A stretch of DNA of 26,324 bases from a virus (Duplodnaviria; Caudoviricetes): IMG/VR virus record IMGVR_UViG_3300025470_000075, positions 1 through 26,324 of that record. One strand, written 5' to 3'. The number at the start of each line of letters is the position of its first letter. The stretch's first letter is position 1. This document shows, piece by piece, positions 1 to 8,535 of this stretch. A program made the position numbers and the translations under genes. Below the pieces are notes generated by a model. The model was not told where the DNA came from. It made no database searches and saw nothing but the letters and a program-made list of their open reading frames with translations.

Positions 1-1083
1 ATCCGATACTTTAGTAACAGACGCACCATAGACAGCAAAAACACCCACATAGTTGGCAAACAGCACAATCCTGTCATAGGACACAATACTATCCCTAAAT
101 ACTGTGCCTTGGTCAGAAGAAAGAACGACTACCGTAAATGAAGTTGTGCTCCCTGAAACTGAAATGTTCCCGATTTGACGAACCGAGTTGTCCCCAAAAA
201 TAAACAAATAGTTGTTATAAGCACGCAAAGCAGTGACAGAATGAACAAGGTCAGCCTCGTTGATGGTAAATGAACCTGACGCATCCCCTGCAATAAAATC
301 ATCATATCCCACACCACCGTAGGATGATCCTGTACCTGTGTAGGTAATGATATTTTTATAGGCTAGCCATACCCTGCCTTGAAAGACTGCTAGGGTAGTG
401 GGATTGTTGGTAAGATTAGGCCATACATGGACTGTTGCCGTAGCCCCCATTCCTCCACCACCAAACGAGATAGTCAGAGAATCCCCGGCTACATAGCCTG
501 TACCTGCTGCTGTGAGCGTAACCCCCGTAATGACTCCACCAGTGCTTTGAACGGATGCTGCTGCACCTGATCCTGAACCCCCTGAAATGGTTGCTGTTGG
601 ATTGGTATAGCCTGAACCCCCTGCCGTTACGGTGATATTGGGGGAAACACCGCCATACTTTACAAAAACCACCGTGTCCCATGTGCAGTATCCCGCTATG
701 GAGTCGGCAATCAAAATACGTTGCGTTCCTAACTGAGTGCAATCTGGAGTGGTTGAAAACGTACCGGGTGGCGCAAATTGTGTCGTTACACCACCGGGAT
801 TGGTTGTTGCATAAGCTGCACCTGATGCACAAAACTCAATTACATAATCCGCTGTGTTGCCAAAGTTAAAATAGTATTTTTTTACAATAGTTTCGGTTGA
901 AATAGTAGTTAAAGGGGTAGCAACGCCCGGTACTACCAGCAAACGGTTGGAAGAAATAGGCTGGAGGTTTTCCATCCAAGCGGCTTTAGTAATTTCTAGG
1001 TCATGCCTATCGGCTTGGGTATCCATCCCGTCCATTTGAGAGAATACAACGACCTCTTTTTCCTCGAACTGATTAGAGGCCAT
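1..1083 (-). CDS. Tail nozzle / tail stabilisation protein (P22 gp10 / T7 gp12-like), truncated at left window edge
   Basis: Not in the ORF track because it has no stop in the window. My translation from ATG 1083 is open to base 1: MASNQFEEKEVVVFSQMDGMDTQADRHDLEITKAAWMENLQP...LAVFQGRVWLAY...NNYLFIFGDNSV...VLFANYVGVFAVYG. It has beta-propeller-like blades and lies directly after the adaptor gene. Confidence 0.7.
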   Translation of the reverse strand, partial: MASNQFEEKEVVVFSQMDGMDTQADRHDLEITKAAWMENLQPISSNRLLVVPGVATPLTTISTETIVKKYYFNFGNTADYVIEFCASGAAYATTNPGGVTTQFAPPGTFSTTPDCTQLGTQRILIADSIAGYCTWDTVVFVKYGGVSPNITVTAGGSGYTNPTATISGGSGSGAAASVQSTGGVITGVTLTAAGTGYVAGDSLTISFGGGGMGATATVHVWPNLTNNPTTLAVFQGRVWLAYKNIITYTGTGSSYGGVGYDDFIAGDASGSFTINEADLVHSVTALRAYNNYLFIFGDNSVRQIGNISVSGSTTSFTVVVLSSDQGTVFRDSIVSYDRIVLFANYVGVFAVYGASVTKVSD

Positions 1084-1084
1084 G

Positions 1085-1999
1085 TTACATCTTTCTGGCG
1101 CGTGGCAGGAACGTGTAATAAGGGTTATAAATACGTCTTGCTACTGACGTGGAGAATAATTGCTTCAAACGCAAATCATACTTTCCCGGTTTGTTCATGT
1201 CGCCAGAGTACCAATAATCTGCCATGGTATGGTTTTGAAGGGATGCAAGGCATAGGTGAGCTGCATAAAGCTGCACTGCGTCCGTAAATGGGTCAACAAT
1301 CTGCGAATCCACGTCCGTTAAATTCACTAGTGGGGCGGCCATAGTGACATAATCCATTTCCATCGTGTAGGCTTGGTCAGGAATTTGAAAAATAAAAAAC
1401 TGTTTGATCCCTTGGTGCATGGTAAAAATGGAGGGAACGGAATACTGATTCACATACTGCCGACAAATAGTCTGGAACATGGTGAACGGTTGCCACCCAA
1501 ACACAATTCGCTGATTCCCCCAAAGAACAGTCAGCGAGAGGATATCAAGAACATTCAATAAAGCAGTAGCCTTTGCTGTTGCATTCACGCCTGTAGAATC
1601 ATTAATTACAACAGTTGGAGCGCTGGTGTAACCTACTCCCCAGTTCGTCATGTAAATGTTGGTAATCGTGCCGTTGCTATCTACCAATGCGGATGCGGCT
1701 GCACCTGTACCTCCACCTCCGGTAAAGCTTATACTTGGTGCAGTGTATCCTGACCCACCATTGGTGACAGTCACACCCCCTACAGAGCCATTATAAAGGT
1801 AATTTTCTTGCTGCGCGATAGTATTGAGTGCGTTCCCGCTGGTAACACCCATGAACCCGCGTACACAATGGGTATCAAGTGCTACTCTTTGACGAGCCTG
1901 ATTGACAAAACTAGTTAAAGTGGCAACGGAAAAATCCGCCCCGTTAGTATCGTGGACTAATAGCTGGACTTGGTTGATATAATCTTGAAGTGTCGCCAT
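1085..1999 (-). CDS. Head-tail adaptor / tail tubular protein with inserted Gly-rich beta module
   Basis: N-term MATLQDYINQVQLLVHD...LTSFVNQARQRVA and C-term IPDQAYTMEMDY...PFTDAVQLYAAHL are typical of podoviral adaptors. Position between capsid and nozzle genes fits. Confidence 0.7.
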   Translation of the reverse strand: MATLQDYINQVQLLVHDTNGADFSVATLTSFVNQARQRVALDTHCVRGFMGVTSGNALNTIAQQENYLYNGSVGGVTVTNGGSGYTAPSISFTGGGGTGAAASALVDSNGTITNIYMTNWGVGYTSAPTVVINDSTGVNATAKATALLNVLDILSLTVLWGNQRIVFGWQPFTMFQTICRQYVNQYSVPSIFTMHQGIKQFFIFQIPDQAYTMEMDYVTMAAPLVNLTDVDSQIVDPFTDAVQLYAAHLCLASLQNHTMADYWYSGDMNKPGKYDLRLKQLFSTSVARRIYNPYYTFLPRARKM

Positions 2000-2005
2000 T
2001 CATCC

Positions 2006-2380
2006 TTACGCTACTTCTTTCTTTGCTTTCTTAGGTGCAGGAAGCTCTTGCTCACCAACGGAGGTTTCAACCATTTCAATCTTTACGACGCCAAACTCAA
2101 ACTTGTCAAATTTAGCGCGGGCTTTCTCGGCCATTTTAGGGCTATTCCAGCCCCAGCGACGCGACACATGAACAAACGCTTTTTCACGCAGCGAAGGATC
2201 AATGTGACCAGTTGGGCCGGGGGTAAAATCAGCACCAAAAATATGGGCCGCAGCATCGTAAGGAAGATTCACAGGAACATCAGGATTAAAAGTATAAAGA
2301 ATACCGTCATACCGATCTTCTACCGTGAAAGGATTACGATTCGTCACTTTTACTTGCATGATGTTCATAGAACTATCCAA
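2006..2380 (-). CDS. Hypothetical protein in structural operon
   Basis: 124-aa ORF overlapping the upstream stop, on the operon strand, with a Lys-rich C-terminus. Confidence 0.75.
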   Translation of the reverse strand: MDSSMNIMQVKVTNRNPFTVEDRYDGILYTFNPDVPVNLPYDAAAHIFGADFTPGPTGHIDPSLREKAFVHVSRRWGWNSPKMAEKARAKFDKFEFGVVKIEMVETSVGEQELPAPKKAKKEVA

Positions 2381-3461
2381 TCTGCCATACGGTTAAAGTA
2401 TTGTTTACGCCGCCAACAACAGCCGTGAACGTAGCGTTTACACTACCATCAGCAGTCGCGTTACCAACTTGTTTTAACAATGGCACAGTTTGGAAGCCAA
2501 TACCAGCATCTTCAATCGTTGCCGTACCAAGTACACCACCGCTTTGAGCAATGGTTGCACGTGCCGGACGAGGAAGAACCGTATCACCAAAAATATTCAA
2601 TGGAGCCGAAGCAGAAGCACCAAGGCTGGATTCTACAATGACTGTTGCGGTGTAACCAGTGTTTGTACCACCTACCGTCACCGAAGTAAGAGCAAGGTTA
2701 GGTAGTGCAGTTGCAGCAGCCGTACCCGACGAACCCGTTGGCCCGTTTACAGTGATTGCAGGAATGTGCGTACCATCATAACCCGAACCGTAGTTCGTCA
2801 TGACAATACCCGTCAGACCACCACTGGCTGCCGTACCGTTAGCAATCGCAGCAGTAATAACCGCACCCGTACCAGTCGCGTCAAGAATAGTAATGTTTGG
2901 AATAGCAACATAACCAGCACCCGCAAAATCAAAGGTGATGCTTGAAATTACACCAGCCGTCAGACCAACGCGAGCGGTTGCTGGAATGCACAGACCCGGC
3001 GTACCACCACCAACTTGCGGCGGATCAATCAATACGATAGGGTTGGTGTAATTCGAACCACCTGCGGTAACAGTTGCAGTCAACGAACCACCAATGATAG
3101 GTGTACCCGTTGCAGTCACACCCGAAGTAGGGGCTGCAAAAGATATAGTAGTACCTGCCTGAGTGTAGCCCGTACCCGGAGTCGTTACAGTTGCGCCGTT
3201 GATTGTACCCGAAAGGTTAATTGCGCGATAGTTCGTACCATCCGAACCAATATAAACAGGAAAATCGTTGGGGCCGGAGCTAAAATTTTTCCACAGACCC
3301 GAATTGTAGTCCTTAAACTGAATTGCAGTTTGCGGGCCGGGTTTTGCCAAAAATACCCCATAAGGGAATACATAAGAACCGCCAGACGGTAGCTGGAAGC
3401 TTTGCAGGGCATTCGGAGAAATCGACTGACCTTGGTAACTAATGTTTGAAAACGGATTCAC
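2373..3461 (-). CDS. Gly/Thr-rich virion protein (candidate capsid decoration / head fibre)
   Basis: GTG start with SD AGGAGG immediately after the capsid gene; repeated TVTxxGxGY motifs. Confidence 0.65.
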   Translation of the reverse strand: MNPFSNISYQGQSISPNALQSFQLPSGGSYVFPYGVFLAKPGPQTAIQFKDYNSGLWKNFSSGPNDFPVYIGSDGTNYRAINLSGTINGATVTTPGTGYTQAGTTISFAAPTSGVTATGTPIIGGSLTATVTAGGSNYTNPIVLIDPPQVGGGTPGLCIPATARVGLTAGVISSITFDFAGAGYVAIPNITILDATGTGAVITAAIANGTAASGGLTGIVMTNYGSGYDGTHIPAITVNGPTGSSGTAAATALPNLALTSVTVGGTNTGYTATVIVESSLGASASAPLNIFGDTVLPRPARATIAQSGGVLGTATIEDAGIGFQTVPLLKQVGNATADGSVNATFTAVVGGVNNTLTVWQIG

Positions 3462-3470
3462 TGATTCCTC

Positions 3471-4496
3471 CTAGATGTTAAGGTATGCCAAGTTTGCAAA
3501 TTTGCCGTGCGCTTGGGGTTTTACGTTGACGAGTTGCCACAGAGTCAGAATTGCACCAATGTAGCCAAACTGACCGTTGGTGAGGGTGCTTTCAAAGCCC
3601 GTGAACTGGAAGCCCGCTTTTTCATGAATGTAGGCGGTTAGATAATCCGTGTTCAACAGATACAAAACACCTTCTGGTGCGTATGGATCACAGTAAATAG
3701 GAACGCCACCAATCATGACGGCTTGGAACATGGAATGAACCATGCTGTCACCGTATGCACTGCCATCACGTACCGAATAACGCTCTAGTGGGGCAAAATC
3801 TTGCGTCAGGAGCGTCCAAGTACCCATACCCATGACACCCATTTTCGGCATCTCACCGTTTTTCTTGGTGACTTGGTTGATGTACTGCATAATCAGGTTA
3901 CGGGTAGGAGTAACAGCACCGCCTGAGTTGCTTACATAAGTGGACTGCCACCAGTTTACACCGAGAGAGTTGGACGAGTTACGTGCAATACCACCGTAAG
4001 TAGCTGCTGCCGTACCATCATCAATCGCACCGGGCAGACCTACCACACGCTGAGGATTGGAAATGTTGTTCCAAATGTCCGTTGAGAACGCATCAATGGT
4101 TGAATTGGTTGCATCGTTCATGCGCGCTTCAATCAGCGGTACAATGCTATGATCCAACTGCACCAAACCTTCAAAACCAAGGAAAGGAATTGGGGTTACG
4201 TAAGCTGCAAGGTTAAATTCAGCATCTTGCAGACCGGGAATCGTACCGGGCTTGTTGAACGTACCCGAATAATCGGTAACTTGGGTATTTACCATTGGGT
4301 TGCCCTGTACTACGGCAGTAATCGGCGAAAGACCACCCGAAGCCATCAGAGCCGACGAAAGCATGGCACAAGTAAATGGCGACGACTTCCAAATCTGAAC
4401 AATGTAGCGCTCAAGGAATGAACGGCGGGTTACGGCGGTCAATTCGCTAGCGATTGCGCCTGAGTTGGGGATTGCACCAGTACCGAGAATTGGCAT
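3471..4496 (-). CDS. Major capsid protein (HK97 fold)
   Basis: 341 aa, downstream of portal and scaffold. Motifs VVGLPGAIDDG, TYGGIAR, IGGVPIYCDPYAPEGVLYLLNTDYL are capsid-like. Confidence 0.88.
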   Translation of the reverse strand: MPILGTGAIPNSGAIASELTAVTRRSFLERYIVQIWKSSPFTCAMLSSALMASGGLSPITAVVQGNPMVNTQVTDYSGTFNKPGTIPGLQDAEFNLAAYVTPIPFLGFEGLVQLDHSIVPLIEARMNDATNSTIDAFSTDIWNNISNPQRVVGLPGAIDDGTAAATYGGIARNSSNSLGVNWWQSTYVSNSGGAVTPTRNLIMQYINQVTKKNGEMPKMGVMGMGTWTLLTQDFAPLERYSVRDGSAYGDSMVHSMFQAVMIGGVPIYCDPYAPEGVLYLLNTDYLTAYIHEKAGFQFTGFESTLTNGQFGYIGAILTLWQLVNVKPQAHGKFANLAYLNI

Positions 4497-4510
4497 AACT
4501 TAACCTTTCA

Positions 4511-4990
4511 CTATTTTTTGCTGCGTAGCTCATCAATCACTTGATAAGCTTTTGTGCGTGCGTGTTTAACCGAGTAGTCATCTTCTTTGTTTACTGTAGG
4601 AAGCGTCCAAGTGCGGTCACTTTGTTCGTAATCACGCTTGGCTGGTTGTTCAGCAGCCCACAATTTTGCAGCAGCCTTATAGTCCGAAAGGCCGTATTTT
4701 GTCATAACATCCTCAATCGCGGTCACATTTTCAGGCGTGTGGCCGGAATTAAGCAAAGCATTGCGCTCGTTTTCCATGTGTGCGCGAATTTTACGAGCTT
4801 CCTCGTCTTGATCGCGTTTTGCAAACTCTTGCTGCATGGTTTCGCGCAGTTCGTCTGCTTCTACATCGAAGAAACGGCGCGACGGTTGAAGTTCGCTAAT
4901 ACGCTTTTTGACCGACTTACCAATCTTGGAATCGTTGGCAAGGTCAATGGCGAGTTGCGCTAGTTCAGCTTGTGCTTGAGGATCGAGCAT
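4511..4990 (-). CDS. Putative capsid scaffolding protein
   Basis: Charged helical 159-aa protein immediately upstream of the capsid gene; SD AAGGA. Confidence 0.65.
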   Translation of the reverse strand: MLDPQAQAELAQLAIDLANDSKIGKSVKKRISELQPSRRFFDVEADELRETMQQEFAKRDQDEEARKIRAHMENERNALLNSGHTPENVTAIEDVMTKYGLSDYKAAAKLWAAEQPAKRDYEQSDRTWTLPTVNKEDDYSVKHARTKAYQVIDELRSKK

Positions 4991-5001
4991 CGCTTATTCC
5001 T

Positions 5002-5205
5002 TTAGATGGGTTTGTTTTTCTGAGCAGTTGGGCTACCGGGCTGACGATTCAGCAGCGTTTCACCGCGCATCAGGTCAGCAGGTTTTGTAAAGCCACCCAT
5101 TTCCATATAGGAAGGGGGGTTCACGGCAAGGCCGTTTTTATGTTTACGAACCAAGTCAGGATCGCCGACTTTAGGTTCTAAGAATCCGCGTTTACTTTTA
5201 GCCAT
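5002..5205 (-). CDS. Small basic hypothetical protein of head module
   Basis: 67 aa; SD AAGGAG upstream; overlaps the previous stop. Confidence 0.75.
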   Translation of the reverse strand: MAKSKRGFLEPKVGDPDLVRKHKNGLAVNPPSYMEMGGFTKPADLMRGETLLNRQPGSPTAQKNKPI

Positions 5206-5566
5206 TTTGATCTCCTTGAGGTGTAGATGGGGGTGCTGATGGGGTCATGCCTACGGGTGCGGGCGGTTTCATGCCGCCTGCTTGTTTTGCTTGCAGTAAT
5301 TGTTCGAGAGCCGATTTGTCCAAACTATTGTCCGTTTTTCCTGCAACAGACGAAAGCGAACTAAGAGCGCTGATAATTGCTTTATGTTCTTTGGAACCAA
5401 ACGGGAATACAGCGAGCAACTGATAGAAGATAGGCATGATGCCCTTCAATTTGGCAATGCCTGCTGCAATCGAGCCTTCGCTGGAACCGGGGGAAACAAC
5501 AGGCGAGGCACCCGGCTGTGTAGACGGTCCTGCGATGTTACCGGGCATGGTTGGCATTGGGTTCAT
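5198..5566 (-). CDS. Pro/Gly/Met-rich hypothetical protein of head module
   Basis: 122 aa with low-complexity ends and a helical core; lies between portal and scaffold. Confidence 0.7.
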   Translation of the reverse strand: MNPMPTMPGNIAGPSTQPGASPVVSPGSSEGSIAAGIAKLKGIMPIFYQLLAVFPFGSKEHKAIISALSSLSSVAGKTDNSLDKSALEQLLQAKQAGGMKPPAPVGMTPSAPPSTPQGDQNG

Positions 5567-5642
5567 GTCGGTGAGAATACGCTAGGTCTTGTGGTTGGTC
5601 AACTGAATAATCGTTCAAATATACCATGTAATGTGTTGGAAT

Positions 5643-5673
5643 AAAAAAAGGCTCCGATTTTTGGAGCCTTTTT
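5643..5673. terminator. Intrinsic (likely bidirectional) terminator
   Basis: A7-GGCTCC-GATTTTT-GGAGCC-T5, starting 9 nt downstream of the 14-aa peptide stop on the minus strand. Confidence 0.85.
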
Positions 5674-5681
5674 CCTTAGGT

Positions 5682-5726
5682 CTAGCGCTTGTGCTTACGA
5701 CCAGCTTTACGGCCACGTTTTGCCAT
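5682..5726 (-). CDS. 14-aa highly basic peptide MAKRGRKAGRKHKR
   Basis: ATG GCA AAA CGT GGC CGT AAA GCT GGT CGT AAG CAC AAG CGC TAG; SD AAAGGAG 8 nt upstream; promoter upstream and terminator downstream. Confidence 0.75.
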   Translation of the reverse strand: MAKRGRKAGRKHKR

Positions 5727-5800
5727 GATGCTAACTCCTTTAATGCGAGTACAGCGCAATCTTGCCGATACTCAGGTTAGTAGAAAATTCTACCACCCCT

Positions 5801-5829
5801 AATGTATCATTTATTGAACGTGTGTTCAA
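5801..5829 (-). promoter_or_regulatory. Sigma70-type promoter with palindromic operator overlapping the -35
   Basis: Minus strand TTGAAC-N17-TACATT with extended TG; palindrome TTGAAC-GTGT-GTTCAA at 5814-5829. Confidence 0.6.
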
Positions 5830-5830
5830 A

Positions 5831-7528
5831 TTACTTTTTATGTTTTTTGTCAGTGTGCGCGTGAATCAGGGCTTCCTGTTGTTTTTCTTTAGCAGCTTTT
5901 TCCTGACGGAGTCGCAACGAATGCAGAATGTTTGATTGCTCAGGGGGGTTCAACATTCTTACTAGCCACTCTTGGTCGATTGCCTGTGCTTTGAACAGTA
6001 AAGTAGCCAGTTCTTTGGTTTCAAGCGTAAACAGAGGGGAGTGTGAGTGTCCGGCTACGCGAATAGAAAAATCACCGTCAATCTGTTCAGCAAGAATTTC
6101 TTGGCCGTCATCCAGAGATAATTTAGTCGCGTCATTTTTCATTTTCAGTTTTACGCCCAAATCTCCTATACGAACCAAGGGTGTTTCAAGACTTACGGCA
6201 ACTTTTCTAATCTGACCGCCGCCAGTAATTTGAAGCTGTCTTTGTTGGACTCCACCTCTTGCTCCGCCTGAACTTTTACCCGCTACTACTTCAGTCAAAC
6301 CTGATGCTTGGATCATGAGAGTGCCAATTTCATTAAATTCTCTGAACAAATCTTCGGGCAGTTGAGGTTTGAGTTCTTCCACTTTAGCACCGGGCATAGA
6401 TTCCAGTACCCACGTACCCGGCCCACCTAATGCTTCGGCCTTTTCGTCAGGTATCCCTTGGAATCCTGAAAATACTTTGCCGGGGTCTACGTTCTTTTCT
6501 AGTAGTTCATTGATCTGTTCTAGTCGTTGGGTTGACCATTTTTGCAGAGGAATAATGTCCTCCATGTGCGCGTCACCCCAGAAATAATTATACAACTTGA
6601 AGGGGGTAATTGGAACAAACGGATTCTCGCCAGCAAGGAACAAATTGGTAGTGCTGTCAAACTTCACCAAAAGTTTCTCGGCTTTTTTCAAAGCGTCAAT
6701 CGTGTCTTTGCTGTCAGATAAAAGTATTCCTCCACCAAGAGAGTGGAAAGTTCGGTAATCCTTGGCTTCGGTATCCCATACCCACGTTTCGTGGAATCTT
6801 ACCATAGGGGCGGTTACTTTAGGGGTAAAACGTGCGCCTTCTTCGTAAGATGGGTTGACGCTGCCTGTAATGTTCCCACCAAGATTTTCCCCTCCGGTTG
6901 CGGTAATAATCAACTGTTGAAGGTTGGAAGGAAGCCCTGACTCTGCTGCAAGACCTTCAATCTGCAAATGCGGTATCTGGCTTGCTTTACCTGCTCTGTC
7001 CAAATGTTCACACGCAGAATCATAATCCAAAAGAAACGAATGATTCATGGCGGGTTGCGACGTAAAATCGCTTTCATCTTCACGATACACACCAAAATTC
7101 TGTGGTTCAATTAGTCCAAGGGTGCATTGTTTGGTAATATCGTTCCAGCCTATTTTGCCAATCATGGTATCAAAATTTAATGCCCACAACACGCCGTCTG
7201 CAAACGTATCTGCGATGCCTGAGTCATGAACGTCCTCGTTCCACGCATCCTGCAAAGCAAGGAATTTTTTAATAATTTTTTCATCGGCATTTTTTTGGGG
7301 AGTGATGTTGTAAGTAAGTCCTTCCGCCGAAAACAAAAAGCTCGCTACCAGTTTCATGTGCGACTTCAAGGCGTTGTATTTAACTTTCTGCTGGGTGTTT
7401 TGTCCGTACAGAAAATAGTTCCGGCGCTTGTCGTACAAACTCCGGCGTTCCTGTTGGGATGCAGTGCATGAGTCAATGATGGTGCGAACAAACCGTTCTT
7501 TTTCAACTTCGCTTTTAGGTATTCTCAT
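5831..7528 (-). CDS. Portal protein
   Basis: 565 aa between terminase and head genes. Motifs NPFVPITPF...FWGDAHMEDIIPLQ...LEQINELLEKNVDP and MIQASGLTEVVAGK are P22/T7-type portal features. Confidence 0.88.
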   Translation of the reverse strand: MRIPKSEVEKERFVRTIIDSCTASQQERRSLYDKRRNYFLYGQNTQQKVKYNALKSHMKLVASFLFSAEGLTYNITPQKNADEKIIKKFLALQDAWNEDVHDSGIADTFADGVLWALNFDTMIGKIGWNDITKQCTLGLIEPQNFGVYREDESDFTSQPAMNHSFLLDYDSACEHLDRAGKASQIPHLQIEGLAAESGLPSNLQQLIITATGGENLGGNITGSVNPSYEEGARFTPKVTAPMVRFHETWVWDTEAKDYRTFHSLGGGILLSDSKDTIDALKKAEKLLVKFDSTTNLFLAGENPFVPITPFKLYNYFWGDAHMEDIIPLQKWSTQRLEQINELLEKNVDPGKVFSGFQGIPDEKAEALGGPGTWVLESMPGAKVEELKPQLPEDLFREFNEIGTLMIQASGLTEVVAGKSSGGARGGVQQRQLQITGGGQIRKVAVSLETPLVRIGDLGVKLKMKNDATKLSLDDGQEILAEQIDGDFSIRVAGHSHSPLFTLETKELATLLFKAQAIDQEWLVRMLNPPEQSNILHSLRLRQEKAAKEKQQEALIHAHTDKKHKK

Positions 7529-8022
7529 TTATGCCTCGCTGTCACTTGCGTATGCGGGGCTAAAGCAGTACCAGCATTGGAATTTACTTTGCTTTGAACG
7601 CCTGATTTTACTTTGGCGTTAGACCCAAAATTCATGGTTTTGAAATCGCCATTGATAGGGACATTAAACCCGCCGACGTTTAAGTTTCCATAAACTCCTT
7701 TTTCAACAGGGGCTTCTACGGCTCCGCCTTTTGCTGCTTTTCCCCCGGTATTGGAGATGTTGGTCATGTCATGGGCATGAGCTAGCCTGTTCAAAGTCTG
7801 ATCGACGCTTTTTAGGGTATCATGATTGGTAGGATGGGCGCTTTCAGTTCGTATCCAGCCCATCGGCCCTACGGAATCACCCCAATCTTCCAATTTCTGG
7901 CTTCTACAAGATGGACATTCAGGCATAGGGTTATCCATAGCCCTGAATAGACCTGTCCAACTCATCCCTGTAGGCGGGTTGCAGTTTGGATTCAGGCATT
8001 TGTATTTATGAGGGGCTGTCAT
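7525..8022 (-). CDS. Zinc-ribbon (FmdB-like) protein
   Basis: YKCLNPNC...PECPSC N-terminal ribbon; ATAA/ATG overlap with the portal start. Confidence 0.65.
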   Translation of the reverse strand: MTAPHKYKCLNPNCNPPTGMSWTGLFRAMDNPMPECPSCRSQKLEDWGDSVGPMGWIRTESAHPTNHDTLKSVDQTLNRLAHAHDMTNISNTGGKAAKGGAVEAPVEKGVYGNLNVGGFNVPINGDFKTMNFGSNAKVKSGVQSKVNSNAGTALAPHTQVTARHK

Positions 8023-8031
8023 GGGCGCATA

Positions 8032-8535
8032 CTACTCTTTGAGGTTGACACGGGCAACATAATTGTTCTGTTCTAAGGCAGTCGTAATGATGCTTTCGTC
8101 TATCAAACGCCCGCCTAATGCTTTGTATTCTTTAGGGTCAATGCAATGATAACAAGCTACATACGGTTTTTCCATCATCACTGGAAGGAATTGATTGTCC
8201 CCACAACTTAAACAAGTGGCATAGAGTGACCACACGCTTGATATTTTCTTTATCTTGGGGGCTAATTTAGGCGGTTCCGATACATAAATCTGGGCTGGTT
8301 TTCTATATTTTGCCTTTGTAAAAATAACGGCCCTTCGTTCTATTTCAGGAATTAATCGTGCAAGCTTTAAAACCGTATCATCACCCCATGTGTAGGGTCT
8401 TTTATAGCGATAAACATTGGTTAGGCCCAAACAATCATCAAGCAGCCTTCCTGTTATGGGCATCTGGTGTTTGTACCAGAAATCCGCATAGGCATGGTTG
8501 AGCCATTTGTGGGTTTGTTCAAGACTGAGGGACAT
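8032..8535 (-). CDS. Hypothetical protein with C-terminal CxxC...CxxC
   Basis: Start reassigned to MSLSLEQTH (8535), overlapping the terminase stop. Contains CLSC...CYHC. Confidence 0.7.
   Translation of the reverse strand: MSLSLEQTHKWLNHAYADFWYKHQMPITGRLLDDCLGLTNVYRYKRPYTWGDDTVLKLARLIPEIERRAVIFTKAKYRKPAQIYVSEPPKLAPKIKKISSVWSLYATCLSCGDNQFLPVMMEKPYVACYHCIDPKEYKALGGRLIDESIITTALEQNNYVARVNLKE

Noticed and set aside
129-1561. Short ORFs 129-317, 416-832, 681-869, 1003-1287, 1373-1561
   Set aside because: Alternative-frame or antisense shadows of the nozzle and adaptor genes.
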